64,000 nt of DNA from Paramecium tetraurelia (GCA_000165425.1 CT868036.1:124001-188000); one strand, 5' to 3'; shown: positions 1-14,256, counted from the stretch's first letter. Translations and numbers: made by a program. Notes: generated by a model from the sequence alone, not told the origin.

Positions 1-1526
1 ATAATAAATTGGATGATATCTCAATTCTTTGAGATCCTTCTATCCTTGATGCACAAACATTAATTAATCTGGAATATCATCGACATTGTTATTTTCATTC
101 TCGACAGCAAAATCCCAGATAGACAATTTGTGATCTTCTGAGGATACAGCAATACTAGAATCACTGTTGGGTTAAAATTAGATAGAAGTAATGGCTTTGT
201 TGTGGAATTAGATTTCAGAAATTGCATCATTTTTGGGATACTTCAAATCCCAAATTTTAAAGCAACCATCATCAGCTCCTGTAGCTACAAGAGTAGCTGA
301 TACTTGATTCCACGAGATAACATTCACATCACAATTATGTGCTTTAACTAAAATCTGAGCTTGCTTATGCTTTCCTTCTCTAGTATCAACAATGCATAGA
401 GATCCATCACTAGAACAAGAAGCAAACACAAAACTCTCGATTGGAGAGAACTATAAATCTTCGACACTTCCCTTATGATATTCATAAGCTTTATTCTCTC
501 GAATCCAATCATTGTTGTTTAATTGATATAAGTAAATCTTTCCATCTGATGAACCACTGATTAAATCACCTAATTTCAAACGACTCCAATCCAATGCAAA
601 TCCTTCATGTTAATTTTTGAATACTTTGTGGTGTAATTGTGACAAATTAAATTATGATTATTAATTTGTCAAAAGCTTTTTATATAATGGATTCAAATCT
701 AAAATGCTTACATCTCCATTTTCATTCCAATAGGCTGCAATGGCTTATCCATTCATAGTTTTAATTCTATTGACTCCACATTTAAGCCCTGTAACACTAC
801 TCAAATGCACTTATCCTTCTTCATCATTACTAAGATTGTCATCCTCACTATCATCTTCTGATAGAGAGGCGTCATCATCATCGTATTTAGTTTTGTGCAT
901 TTTAGACAATTTCAATAAGTATATTTAATTTTTGGTTGGCTATGCTGCTTGAGTTCCAGCTGCCATATACACAGTGTAAGGATACTTGTTCATCTTATGG
1001 TATTCCTTATTTTTGTATTGTAATTGTTCTTCTTCTGTCAACACAAAGTCACAAGACAAACAAGGCCATTCAGTTGTGACTCTATGTAACATATTATAAG
1101 CCCGATTATCGAAATCTAAATTTTCAGCTTCATCATAGAACCACACTCTCTTTTGATTCTCCTGAGTCTCCTATTCCATACCCTTCTTCTTTCTCACAAG
1201 TTTAGATTATTACTGTAAGGGTTACTATTATTATTATGTTTATTCTGATGGTTCTTGGGATTATTCTTCCTTTTACAACATTTCTTCATCTTCACTATCA
1301 ATATTGATTTCGCCTTCTTCACTCTCTAACTAAATTACTTTGATAATTTACCATATTCATCATCAAATTCATCTTCGTATTGAATATGCTCATCTTCCTC
1401 CATTTCACTTACATCCTCGTAATCAGAATCTATTTCCTGAGTTACATGTGCATTGTCTTCTATTTTACTCTTTTTTTGAATGCATTATTTCAATATTCTT
1501 CTTCTTCTTTATGAACGAGATTGCAT
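1..1526 (-). CDS. RRB1: Glutamate-rich WD40 ribosome biogenesis protein (RRB1/GRWD1-like); 3' end runs off the window
   Basis: Acidic N-terminus, then AYNMLHRVTTEWPCLSCDF, YMAAGTQA and WD40 repeats (FASCSSDGSLCIVD, AHNCDVNVISWN, ATGADDGCFKIWDL). One short intron near 1325-1353. Confidence 0.85.
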
Positions 1527-1800
1527 TTATAAATATTAATATCACACATTAAATTTTAATCTCTAAATTGCAAACATTCCCATCGCAATTAATTGATAAA
1601 TTAAATTTATATATCTAATTCATTTCCTTCATCATTCTATTGGTTGTATGCAACCTCCCTTGCAGTAGTAGGAATGCAATTAATTTATTGCAATCATCAC
1701 TTAAATTTAATCAATCACCATGACAATCCCCCTTACTAGAATTACCGTTTATATTTGATACAAATCAATCATTTCTAATATATTAATTTTCGACATTAAA

Positions 1801-2676
1801 ATGAATAGATTATTAATTACGGAATTGGGGGATGCAATGAGACACGAATTAATTAAATAAGAAGAACAAAAACTGAAAAAGACTGTTTTAGTAAGCAAAG
1901 ATTCATTACCTGAAATAAAATCACCAAGCATAATTAATTCATTACTCCTGGACGTGGACGATAATCCATTGTATCGCAAGAGCCTATCAGATGTGGCACT
2001 TATGAATCTCACTAAAGCTGCGAATATTTCTCTAAACGGATCTCAAAGCAAGGATGTCTTGGAATAACATATAAGAGAGGATTTGCAAATTCAAAAGAAG
2101 AACGACTATCTTAACAATTACCTGAATAAGCAGGTCGAAAAAATATTGGACGATAAAAGTAATTGTCTATGAGTTATTAAGCACTTAGACTTAATGACGA
2201 AGAGAAAGAGATATTTGTTAGGGGAATTGAGGAGAATTGAGATCAAAGAGAATAACCTCAACATCAAGAATAGAATTTCTACTGATTAGTCTTAGTTAAG
2301 CACTATTGTCGAGGATACAGATAGAGAAAACAAATTGATGGCCATCATCAACACAGAAGGCAAGTTGCTTTAATTGTAAAGGAGATACGAAAAAAAGAAA
2401 TAAGATGATGAAGCTCTAAAGCTGTAGGTTAAGAATAATTATTCCAAACATAAAGACATAGAAGATATGCACATTGAAGCTATGCCAATCCTAACTTAAG
2501 AACAGTTGGAACAAGGCATTCAAAATTTGTATCACAATTCCGATTTGTCAGAACACCGATTCTAATAGAGGTTGCTAGACAAACACAAGGAGATTGCCAC
2601 GAAAGTCTGGAAATAATATCATTACCCAAAAAGGCACAAGAAGTGGATATAAATCTAAAAGAAAGTTTTGATGTGA
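1801..2676 (+). CDS. Hypothetical coiled-coil protein (291 aa)
   Basis: Intronless ATG..TGA frame under the ciliate code (MNRLLITELGDAMRHE...KKVLM). Charged helical composition. Confidence 0.75.
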
Positions 2677-3001
2677 TTTTTGGAAAACTATGGAACTAAT
2701 TTAACATAAATTCTAATTTAAATTAAATAAAATTATTATTATAGTATGAATGATTGATCCATAATGAAAATAATGAGAATAAATTCATCATGGTCATTTT
2801 GTTGTTATAATTAAATATCATTATATAATGAATACTCTCTGATTACAAATAATAGTGATTTTCTTCATATTTCTATTTCTATTTGATTGAAATTTGAAGT
2901 AGATAATGTTGAAAATATCGTAAATTCATACTATAAAAATAGTAAGAGATTATTTTTAGTTAAATAAATTAAATAATTTCTCCCGCTCAATTGCAATTAA
3001 A

Positions 3002-3953
3002 ATGGAAGATATATATTCATTTATAAAACATGAGATTGGTTCAGAAAGAATGGTAAATTTAATTTAGATAATAGGTTACAAGAACTCATTTATTATAAAA
3101 ATTTCCGGATTAAAGACTTCAAGCTATTTAGTATTTAATGGGTTTCAATTTATTTTAGAGCATTTAATAAATATTATGAATAGAATGTCCAACAAGTGGA
3201 TGCTGTTTTCACAGTGTTGCAAGAAGCGAATGATGGATATGGATTAGTTAGTGCATTGTTATCTGCAGATCAAATAAATAAGAATATGAAGATTAAGGAT
3301 ATTTCATTATATGCCTTGGCAGATAAAAACCAGATTGTAGATGAAGACCTCTTTCCCCCTTCCTTTGGGTATGCTGCTCATCAATATTTTTTAGAGGACA
3401 AGCGCCTCTTAAAGTGACCGTTCATGAAGTGAATTTATCAAGTTTAGTGCAAGCTATGACAGTAGAGTCCCAAAAGGTAGTTGTAAATAAAAAGGTTGAC
3501 GGGTTGGATCATAAGAGAAAAAATGATTCATCCGATTTGAACACGTAAGTCAATGTGTCAAAGCAACTAAAATCCACAGATCCAGTCAAGAATGATTCTT
3601 TAAAAATCATTAATGAAAACAATACTATAGCTTAAGAAACAATTAATAAAGAATCGAAAGCATAATAAGATTCTGTAATGAAGAAGCCCAAAATTATATT
3701 GAAGAGCAAACAATCAGACTAATCTCAAAGTTAAAACTAGCCTAAAGAATAAAATCTATTACCAATCATTGAAGAGTTCGTCATAAAGAATGATCCAATA
3801 ATTGAAGAACCAGTCAAAGAAGTGTAAACAAAAAACCAAGAAGTTAAACCTTCTGAACCTGTAGTAAGTATACCAAATAAAACTTCAAAACCCAAAACTT
3901 CATCAACTGGGGCAGGCTCTATGAAATTAGATAACTTTTTTAAGAAAAAATGA
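3002..3953 (+). CDS. Divergent DNA polymerase delta subunit 3 (POLD3/Pol32/Cdc27)-like protein
   Basis: N-terminal domain (MEDIYSFIKHEIGSERMVTRTHLL...DISLYALA), long K/E/P-rich linker, and a C-terminal PIP-like motif SMKLDNFFKKK*. Three short introns. Gene model is solid; family assignment is inferred. Confidence 0.55.
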
Positions 3954-4302
3954 TTATTTATAATATTTTCTATGTTAAGACTTCCACCTCTAGATTTATT
4001 GTTACTTTTATAGCTCATTTATCAATTCTCTTATGCATTTTGAATAATCAAATGAGAACACTTTTGTCATGATTCTTTTAATGTATGTGTTTAATAAATT
4101 CTGATTATATTCTCTTTGTTTCTATTTAAATAATAAATATATTAATTATTATTAATTAAAAACTTCGATAGGGATTTTCGAATTTAATTTGTCTTATTTA
4201 TATTCACACAAAATTATTGGAATAAATCCATACTTCTGACTCCTTTGTGGCAAAGTCAATATTATAATAATCTGAGTTAATTTGAAGAAGACATAATTGG
4301 AG

Positions 4303-6915
4303 ATGGAAATTTTTAAGAATCCGTTAAAAGTTGAGATTTCATCTTTTTCTAAATTGCATACAACTAATATGTCTGAGCGTTAGATGGTCCATTTTTAATT
4401 GGAATCTGAAATTACAAATTAATTGTTATAATTATTATAAGCTATATTAATAGAATGAGCAAACCAAAATTCCTAATCTAATTTACTCGGAAAGAAGCAA
4501 GATAATAAGCCGATAAACTGATAGAAGTGGAAGCGATGAATAATGTTGAGTAAGAGATACAGCTCTTAGAGAACAATGAGTAAATTCAAATACATAAATA
4601 GCGTATGGAAACTGAAACCACTCAAGATTATTTAGAAAGTAGCCATTTTCATAACAAAAATGAAACATTTCTCAACGCAGTACAGGTTTAAAATTTTGAA
4701 CAAGGACATTTTCAATTTGATACACGACCTTAGTAGCTCATTTTAATACTATCTGTATAATGGCCTCTTGTAAACTAAATCTACTAGAGTATGATATAAT
4801 TTAAGTCGATATTAGTATGGTGAAGTTAAATACGAGCAGAAACAGAAAAATGAATTTTGGTGGAGAATATGGACTTTTCTTAAGAGTAATCAAACAGTTC
4901 TTTTGCCAGCAGATAAATTTCTATTTGTTTGGGATGTAATCTTGATGTTTGTAACAATTGTCAATATTCTCTACGTTCCCCTTCAGTTGTCATTTGATTT
5001 GAATAAGGAATAGATAGGAAATGCGTATCTATTATTCAGCACAATACCAAGTTGCGTATTCTTGATGGAGTTAATTCTCAACTTCTTCAAGGGTTATTAT
5101 GCAAGAGGAATCTTACACACTTCAAAGAAGGATATCTTTTGGCATTACATTAAAGGAGAGTTCTTCCTTGATTTAATAGTTGTGTTACCGTTTATAATTT
5201 CTTGGTTCGGATATTAATTTGCTAACTATTTAATGTTAATCAGAATGACTAAAGTCAGAAGGACGATGGTGGTGATAGAAGAAATCTCAAATTTCAAAGA
5301 AAAAACAGCTGTAATATACTCTTTATTTTGTTTAATCTACTCATTGTTGTTGATATCTCATTTTTGTGCTTGTTTATTTCATTACTTTGCCATTTTGGAA
5401 GTAGACTTTGGCTATTCACACACGTGGTTACATCAATAGGATATTTATGAAGCCAACGCATATGTGAAATATTTTACATCTCTTTATTGGGTGACCATAA
5501 CTTCTATGACAGTTGGATATGGAGACATCATACCAGTTACAACACCAGAGAAAATATTGGTAACTTGTTTTACATTTTTGGTCGTTGGAACGTTTGGTTA
5601 TGCGTTGGGGATGATTTAAAGCATCTTTTATAAGTTGGCGGAATAATAGAATATCAACAACTCTAAACTTAGGCTTGTGAGTAATCACATCAAGTAAAGA
5701 GGGTTGAATACTTAATTGTAATTTAGAGTAAGGAAATATATAGAGTACTACTTATAATTTAAGTAGGAGGAGGAATTGGATTTGGATGAATTGATGGGGT
5801 AATTGAACCCAAAATTAAAATAAGAGGTCCAAATAGCAATGTATTATAGTTATTTTAAGCAGTCTAAAATATTTGGATAAAACTTGTCAGATGAGACTCT
5901 GATGAAGTTATGCTTCTGCGTACATGAAAAGACTTATGCTCCAGAAGAATTCATAATTAAGAAGGATGATTATTCTGATAAGGTGTATATACTGTTGGCT
6001 GGGAAAGTGAAGTCAGTTTTGTTAGATAGAACAATAAAAACATATACAAGTGGAAAGTTATTTTGTGAAAGAGAGTTCTTTTTCTAGGATTACATGCAAT
6101 TCGATATTGTAGCTTAAACTTTTGTCTAGGTTGCATATATTACTTAGAATGAATTCTTATCAATCTTGTAGAAAGACAAAAGTCAGTATGAGAAGTACAG
6201 ACTTATTCTCGATAAGACTCAATTTGGAGATAATTCTACTCAAATAAAATGTGAGGCCTGTTCTAGTCATCATCAATTCAAGCATTGTCCACTATTATTC
6301 TTTAGAAAAAACAGAAACAAAGTCATATCAGCCTACAACTGCAACATTGATCACTCAAGAGAATAATTTATTCGATAAAGAAAAAGAAAGAGGGTCAAGT
6401 TGTTTCATGTTAGAGAAAAGGCCTTAGAGAAAATGCTGGATCTTCAAAAATCAATACTCTAGGTTGATACCAAACAATTAATAAGGTTAGGATTTCCAAA
6501 ATTGGAGGAAGAGGAGATCGAATAATCTGAGTAGATAATTGGATTGCATTCTCATCAGTAATCTCTCAATTAGCAAGATATCAAAAATTTATTTAGGAAT
6601 AAGTTATTCCCATAATTGAGTAATAGAAGTCTTTTAATATCGAATAATAATGTCAACAATTAATTTACTCCTAACAACAACTAAAATACTAATTTGGAAA
6701 TCCAGGAGGATCCTCATCCATAAATATCATATATTGATCTAAACATAGACAAGGTGTAAGTATTTGAAAAATACTATCCTCATTTCAACATAACCAAGGT
6801 GGCTAAGTTAATAAACAACTATCATATTTATGCCAAAGTCTTAAAGAAGATTAGAGGTCATAAGAATAAATTTGCTCATTACATAGCTCGTTAAATAATG
6901 TATAAAATAATATGA
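4303..6915 (+). CDS. Cyclic-nucleotide-binding-domain K+ channel (EAG/HCN-like, ciliate-expanded family)
   Basis: Six hydrophobic segments, pore SLYWVTITSMTVGYGDIIPVT, CNBD (YAPEEFIIKKDDYSDKVYILLAGKV). Intronless frame ending in TGA at 6913. Confidence 0.9.
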
Positions 6916-7358
6916 TTTTATTTTGATATGAAAAAATACATGGTTATAATATTTAATCTATAATCAGATTTAGATAAGTACTGTCTACTAAAAAAAAGTC
7001 TATTATTTATAATTAATAGAATCTCAAATTTATATATTTACATTATAATTCAATAGTATCTTTTTTATTTCAATTACCTCTGATATTAAGGTATCAATAA
7101 CCCTGTCTGGAGAATAATTCTTAAAAGACTGGAGGATAGAATGTTGATGGTTGAGAGCCAAAAAAAGGAGAATTTAGTTTAGGAACATAGGAAGGGCAAT
7201 TCAGTATAATGCTGATAAGAAAGAGACGAGGGTTTAATAAAGGGGAGGAATTCTATAGAATGCATTAATCAAATATGATAGAGATTGCTATTATTATGAA
7301 ATAAATTCATTTAACAAATTAGAAAAAGCAATTTCTATTATTAATAAAATTTGTAAAG

Positions 7359-9337
7359 ATGAACGCGCATGATATTTATAAGGTTAAATCCTATGAGATC
7401 AATAAGGGCCTAGAAATAGGCAGAGGATAATTTGGTATTGTCTATTAATGCACGGATTTATAAAACCCACATCTCAAATTGTGTGCAAAGGTTAAAGTTG
7501 ATAATAATATAGATCATTGAGGATAGTTTGGATGACCCAAAGGTTTAAAGGGAAATTGAATTAATGAAAATTATAATGACTAATGCTAAGGGAAACAAAA
7601 ATATTGTGAGAGTAGAATACGTAGAATATACTAAAGACAGAATTGTGATGATTATGGAGAAATGTGAATGTGATCTCTAATCAGTTATGGAAAAGAAGTA
7701 GAAGGGAGATGACAAATACTTCAAACCAAGTGAAGCTCTAAACATCCTTAAACAGCTAGTCAATGGTTACAAGATGCTTTATTTTAATAAAATCATCCAT
7801 AGAGATCTTAAGCCTGCAAACATATTAATTTTGAACGGAGTTTACAAGGTACATCATAGTTAGAGTTCTCTTAGATAGCCGACTTGGGTTTGGCGAGAGT
7901 GCTAGAAGAAAACACAGAATTCACAAAAGTGGGAACGCCAAAATATGTAGCTCCTTAACTATATTTTGAGAAATACTTCTCAAATTCTGCTGACATTTTT
8001 TCAGTAACATTTTTAATGAATAAGTATCTAGTTAGGAATCATCATTTATGAATTGATTTTTGGTAAATTGCCATATGTTGCACACAATCAAACATAAATA
8101 AAAAGGGCATTAAAAAATTTAGAAGCAAACCCAATAGTGGTGAATAGAGAATGGCCAGAGGTAAGAATATCGACATTTTTAGATGACTTCTGAGTTTGCT
8201 GATTTGATTGAATCGATGCTCAAATATAAGGAGGACAATAGAATAAGTTGGGAAAGATTATTAAAACATCCACTCATTTTAGAGGAATCTAATTTAGTAG
8301 TTAATCAATCAGGGTAAGCAATTTCATAATACCCTTAGACTTATCCAGAATACAGATTCCGATGATGAAAAGGAAGAAGAGACCGCTTAGATTCCAGACT
8401 AAAAGCAAGTTCAAACATAGAATATTGATTAATAAGTACCTCCTATTTGTTAAAATCTACCTAAACCAACATTTACTGCTCCTCTTCCTTAGGCTTAAAA
8501 GTAATTATGCCTTATAGATTCTAGGACACAACCAGTTCAATTCCCTCAAGGGAAAGTGTTTTCTACTCCTTTTCCTACTAATTTTCCTGTTCCACCCAAT
8601 ACTAATTCATTTATTGCACCTCAAATGAACTAATAACCCAAACAATTTATGAATCCATAACCTTAAAGATTCCCTACCATTTCTTAAATGCATATCTTAG
8701 GATAGCCACTTCAGTTTTAATAAGTCAAAGGAACTTCAGATTAACTATTTTAAACAGGATTTGTAATGGATTAAGCATTAGAGAATTTAGATAAATATTT
8801 GTAATTTAAAGTTAATATATTTTAGGAACATGTAATCATAATTGAAGGCTGAGTTCTTTGGAATCAAATTATATCTCCACTGTTTGGCATAGTGTTTCTT
8901 TGAACACTCGAGTGCTATGTAGAAATAAAATTAGAAAAACCCAAATAATTAAAGTTACTATTAACTTCAAGTAATCGATTAGGAACTTTAGAAAAAAATA
9001 AAATATCATTCAGTAATAGCACAGGAATTGGAGAGATACAATTTAACCGCCTACTACCCTGTGACTGACATTAATCCAGATTTTGGAAGTTACATCCTAA
9101 AACTAAATAGAATTACAGCAAACAAAGGGTTGTTTGCTTATTCTAGTGATACCAAGTATTACCCGGATTATCTATAGTAATAATATCATGATTAATTTTA
9201 GATTGTTATATTTTTTGGAGAAAGTCAAAGACATCAATCCTCAATCCTTTGGGGACATATATCTATAAATCGTGGATATATGTAAAAATTATAAAAACGA
9301 ATAAATCATGACAGATTATCTTGGCAAGAGGCTTTGA
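7359..9337 (+). CDS. Ser/Thr protein kinase (ULK/Atg1-like) with P/Q-rich linker
   Basis: IGRGQFGIVY, CAK, IHRDLKPANIL, IADLGLAR, VGTPKYVAPQ. Several ~21-28 nt introns. Confidence 0.85.
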
Positions 9338-9382
9338 AGTATTCAAAAATTATAAAAAGTTATTTATTAATTAATTAATTTT

Positions 9383-10485
9383 ATGATTCTCCAACCATTA
9401 TAGCAATTAGTCCAAACAAACAGAGACAAAAATAACTTTTAAGGACTCACTCCTCATCAGAGAAAGCGATATCTTGATCACCGATAGGCCTATAAACAAA
9501 ACAGGTACAAGCCACCAAAAAAGTTCCCTACACAATTCCCCTTAATTAAAAAAGATGATACCCAATATCAATTCAGATTGTTTCACCAAGTATAAAATAT
9601 GAAGAGTGCTCATTTTCAATCAAAATATACATTGTCTATGGGAAGCATTCCTAATCTATTATTGCACACTCATTTTGATTAGATTGTATTCTACGATGTG
9701 GCTAAGTTAAAATCTGACACAACCAGAATCCCAGTTGAGGCACTTGGACTCGATGTTATTGATAGCGTTTGCGCCGTAGCTGGAATGAGTGGAGACATAT
9801 TGATAATTAATTTGCTTAATGGAAAATTAGAAAAACACATTGTCAATCAAAAAAGAGATTTCATCAACCATGTTCACTTCTATCAAAACTATCTGGTTTC
9901 CAATGATAATGGAGGATTCATAAGGATATTTGATTATTAAAACGGACTCAAAGAGATCTTCTCCTATCAAGATAAGGCTTCAGTCAATCTAACTAGTGTA
10001 AATGACAGCAAATAAATTGCCTATTGTGGTGATAGACTAGGATTAAATGTATTGGATGTTCAATCGGGTACTATCATACATAGTTTGGAACCCCACACTG
10101 AATTTGGTTTTGCTGTGGCCTACCATCCCAGCAAGAGTTATCAACTTGCTTCATCTAGTGAGGATGGATCAGCTGTCATCTACGATTTGCGATCCCCCAA
10201 AGTCCCCATATAGTAGTTTATCGGATCAGAACACCCCATCTACAACATTAGTTTCTCAAAAAATGGATCCCACTTGTTCTTAGCTGAATCTAATTCCTAT
10301 TTGCACATCTTGAATACGTAACAATATTCTTATCATCTAGTTCTATGTATGATTCCGTCTAAAGTATTGAAATGCATGGAGAAATCTCAGGAATAGCGAA
10401 TGATACATACGATGAAAACCGATTCTACTTTGGTACCAGCTGCACTTTTGGGGATGGCATATGCGAATTTTTTAAAATGAATTGA
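9383..10485 (+). CDS. WD40-repeat protein (DUF2415-like)
   Basis: SAHFQSK, HTEFGFAVAYHP, LASSSEDGSAVIYDLR, FLAESNSYLHI and GEISGI resemble the DUF2415 WD40 family. One intron near 10348. Confidence 0.7.
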
Positions 10486-10710
10486 TTATTATATTTAATT
10501 AGATTAATTAATTTTAGTATTCTTTTTGGATTGATAATAAAAAGTTTAATTATTCTATTTTTAGAACATTGTTTTATTAAGTAATTAGACTTGTTGTAGA
10601 ATGGAAATCTAAAGTTAGTGAAAATATAATAAATTTTGTAACTCAATAAATAATTATATCAAATTTAGAGAATTGTTAATCTTTTAAAGTGATTTACATT
10701 AAAATTACAA

Positions 10711-11654
10711 TCAAAAGTGAAATTAAGTACCATAGAATACATGATTTAATTGTTCGACAAGAAGAAATGAAAGTGAATTGGCCAAAGGTTTTCTAACCAA
10801 TCTCGGACTGAGACCTTTAGTAAATCTAGGAATAGGAATAATAAGCAAACCCATAAAGTCCTTCGTTTTGATATGTGCTTCTGAATCTTTGCATGATGGT
10901 CATTTGATCGGTATAATAATTGGTTTGTAATCGGGCTCTCAAGATTTCGAAAGGGTGACTAGCACAAGTACCCACTAGACCTGCGACCATTCCAGAAAGG
11001 AAGGTGACTGAAGGGGAAAAGCCTGAATCAGCAGGTAAGAGCATCTCATGCATTTTACGATAAACCACATAATAGATCTAAAGATAAAGGGGATTAATAC
11101 TCCTGCGAATAGACTGTCTTTGATTGAGCAAGTGAGACCTCCTTTGAAGAAGCTCATTACACCTTCTTATTTTGCAATTGTACTCGCAGTCTTCCATAAG
11201 GATATGTATTAGTACCCAGGAACTTCAGCGCGAGTTTCAATTAGGAGAATTGGGTTAGTAATGAAATTGGACAGTCTTGAATATTAGATGAGTGATGTAC
11301 CCTCTGGCGAAAAAAGGAGGCAAGAAAGTCTTGGGAAACATTGCGATCTTCGCTTGTAACATAGGATAGCATTTGAAAATATAGGAAACCAGCACTCATA
11401 TTTCTTACTAATGCAGGGCCTTATGTAAAGAGAGAAAATGCTACGCAAACCGGGCGATAAAATCCATTGAGTCCTTCATTGATTAGTATGTATTCCACTG
11501 ATCCATATGCACTTGTTAATTTATAGTTTGTGGAATTGGACTTAACAATCATGACCATTTTAATAACCTCCAGAGGTTACACAGCAAGTGTGGAGATGAG
11601 AGAAGCAGCGGCTCCAAGTAATCCTTAGAAATGAACTCGTTGCTGCTCTACCAT
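10711..11654 (-). CDS. Mitochondrial carrier (SLC25A38/Hem25 glycine-carrier-like)
   Basis: Three carrier repeats (QPLEVIK, NPILLIETRAE, HPFEILRARLQ), KDSLFAGIYY, GLSPRLVRKPL. Four short introns. Confidence 0.85.
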
Positions 11655-11808
11655 CAATATTAAATTTAATAGTGATCATTTGAAATATACCCAATAATGT
11701 ATATTATGTTTGACGAGCTATTTTTAAATTAATTTCTAGAATGTGTGGGAACACGTGTTATTATATATATGTTGATGCAATTCTTGCGCAGAATCATAAA
11801 TATTTTTA

Positions 11809-14256
11809 ATGCATACGAAATAGAAAGGCCTTTGGGTTGTTGCTACTCTTTATGCTATCTGGGGTTTAGGTGATGACTCAAGATTTGACTGAAGAATAAA
11901 AGAAGTTATTGGAATAGTCTTAAGAAACACACGAATTTTAAGCAGAAACAGGTAGGTTGATGGATATTCTAATCAATTCTCTTTATACTTAAAAGGAGAT
12001 CTTTCTCAGAGAGTTAATCTCTAATGCAGCTGATGCACTAGATAAAATTCGATTTTTGAGTGTAAAGAATCCAGAAATTCTGGGAGATAAAACTGAATTG
12101 GCTATTAGAATTGAAATAAACACCGAAGAGAAGACAGTTTCTGTCACAGATAGCGGTATTGGTATGTCAAAGAATGATTTAATATCAAATTTGGGTACAA
12201 TTGCAAAATCAGGAACCACTTAATTCATTGAAGCAATCAAGGGAGGCAACGTTAACTTGATTGGTTAATTTGGTGTTGGTTTTTATTCATGTTTCTTGGC
12301 AGGTTAAAAGGTCACAGTTGCATCAAAAAATACAGATGATGATTAATACATTTGGGAATCTCAAGCAGCACATTCATTTGCAGTATCAAAAGATCCAAGA
12401 GGTAATACCTTAGGACGTGGTACTCAAGTCACTATTCATTTTGAAATAAGATGCTGTTGAATTTGCAGAGGAAAGCACAATTAAAGAATTAATCAAAAAA
12501 TATTCTGAATTTATCAATTTCCCCATCTATTTGAAGGTGACTAGAGAAATCTCAAAATAAGTAGAGGAAGAACCAGAATAATAATAGGATCAATAAGAGA
12601 ATACAGATGATGATGAAGTAAAAGGTTAAGGATGATGATGATGATGCAGATACAAACAAGAAAGCTACTAAGACAATTAAGGAGAAAGTGTCTGAGTGGG
12701 TTTAGATCAATGAGAACAAAGCTATTTGGTTGAGACCAAAGGAGGAGATCTCTGATGATGATTACAAGAAATTCTATAAAGTCTTATCAAAGAACTCTGG
12801 TGAAGATCCTTTCAATTGGGTGCATTTCAAAGCTGAAGGAGAAGTCGAATTTACATCTCTTATTTATATCCCTAAAAGAGCACCAAGTGATATGTTTGAT
12901 AATTATTATGGTAAATAAACTACAAGTTTGAAATTGTATGTGAGAAGAGTCTTAATCAGTGAAGAATTCGAAGATATACTTCCAAGATATTTGAGTTTTG
13001 TTAAAGGTGTTATTGATTCAGATGAATTGCCATTGAATGTCAACAGAGAAACACTTTAATAACTTAAGATGTTGAAGGTTATCAGTAGAAAGATTGTTAA
13101 GAAGATCTTAGAATTATTCTAAGATGCTGCTTCTTATGATGATGAAGATGAGGAAGATACTGAAGAAGGTGAAGAGGATGACAGCATGGCAGAAACAACG
13201 CCTGAAGAATAACAAAGATTGAAGGATGAGAAGAGAAAGAAGAAGATAGATGAGTATAATGAATTCTGGAAAGAGTATGGAAAGAATATCAAATTGGGTG
13301 TCATTGAAGATTCATCAAACAGATAGAAATTGGCTGAATTGACAAGGTACATTAATAGTTTATATCATTAGATGGTACTCAAGCAAGAATGCAACTGAAT
13401 TGACATCATTTGATGATTACATTGAAAGAGCTAAACCAGGATAAGACTCAATCTATTACTTAGCTGGTGAGAACAAGGAACAATTACTTTCTTCACCAAT
13501 TATCTAAGGATTATTGAAGAAAGGATATGAAGTACTTTTATTGGAAGATCCAGTTGATGAATTCACATTTTAACATTTAAATGAATACAAATAAAAGAAA
13601 TTAACTAATGTTGGAAAAGGTGATTTCAAATAACCAGAAGATAATGATGAACAAAGAAAGAAATAAAAGGCTTTGAAGAAAGTATTCTAACCATTGACTG
13701 ATTGGTGGAGAAAATTACTATCAGAAAATGTTGATTCAGTTATCATTTCTTAAAGATTAATTGATGATCCAATCATTGTAGTTTCTTCTGAATCAGGATA
13801 CTCTGCAAATATGGAAAGAATTTCAAAGGCTCAAGCTTATTCAAGCAAAGCTGGTTCCCAATAATTCGGTAAGAAGATCGTAGAAATCAATCCAAATCAC
13901 TAAGCCATTTAAGAATTATTATAAAGAGTGAAAGATGATCCAGATTAAGAAACAGAAGAAATGGCTAAGGTTTTGTATGAAGCTGCTTTAGTCAATTCAG
14001 GTATTAGAATATTCTAATTTTAGGTTACTCAATTCCAAATCCTGAGAAGTTTGCTAGTAGATTCTATAAATTATTTAATTCTGCTTTGGGTATTGATAGA
14101 GATGCTCCAGTCAAAGAATTTGAAGTAGAAATCGAAGAAGAACCAGAAGCATCATCAGAACCACCTCAAAGTGATGATGGAACTAAATGGGAAAAAGTAA
14201 ATACAGATGATGCTAAATGGGAAACTGTAAGTAATGATAAGAGAGACGACTTATGA
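11809..14256 (+). CDS. GRP94: ER Hsp90 (GRP94/endoplasmin); contains apparent +1 frameshift(s)
   Basis: Signal-like [76 protein letters not shown]-terminal RDDL*. Start is uncertain (11809 with a frameshift, or in-frame 11741). Confidence 0.92.

Noticed and set aside
1553..1790. Possible small ORF or snoRNA between RRB1 and the next gene
   Set aside because: Several short open frames and a GTGATGA on the minus strand, but no recognisable motif, no matching box D and no convincing gene model.
7020..7300. Purine-rich, GC-richer patch upstream of the kinase
   Set aside because: Only short frames without recognisable homology; neither a CDS nor an ncRNA can be supported.
12420..12450. 31-nt GT..AG intron that would repair the GRP94 frame
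   Set aside because: It would delete the conserved GTQVTIHLK strand of the ATPase domain; a single-base insertion is the simpler explanation.
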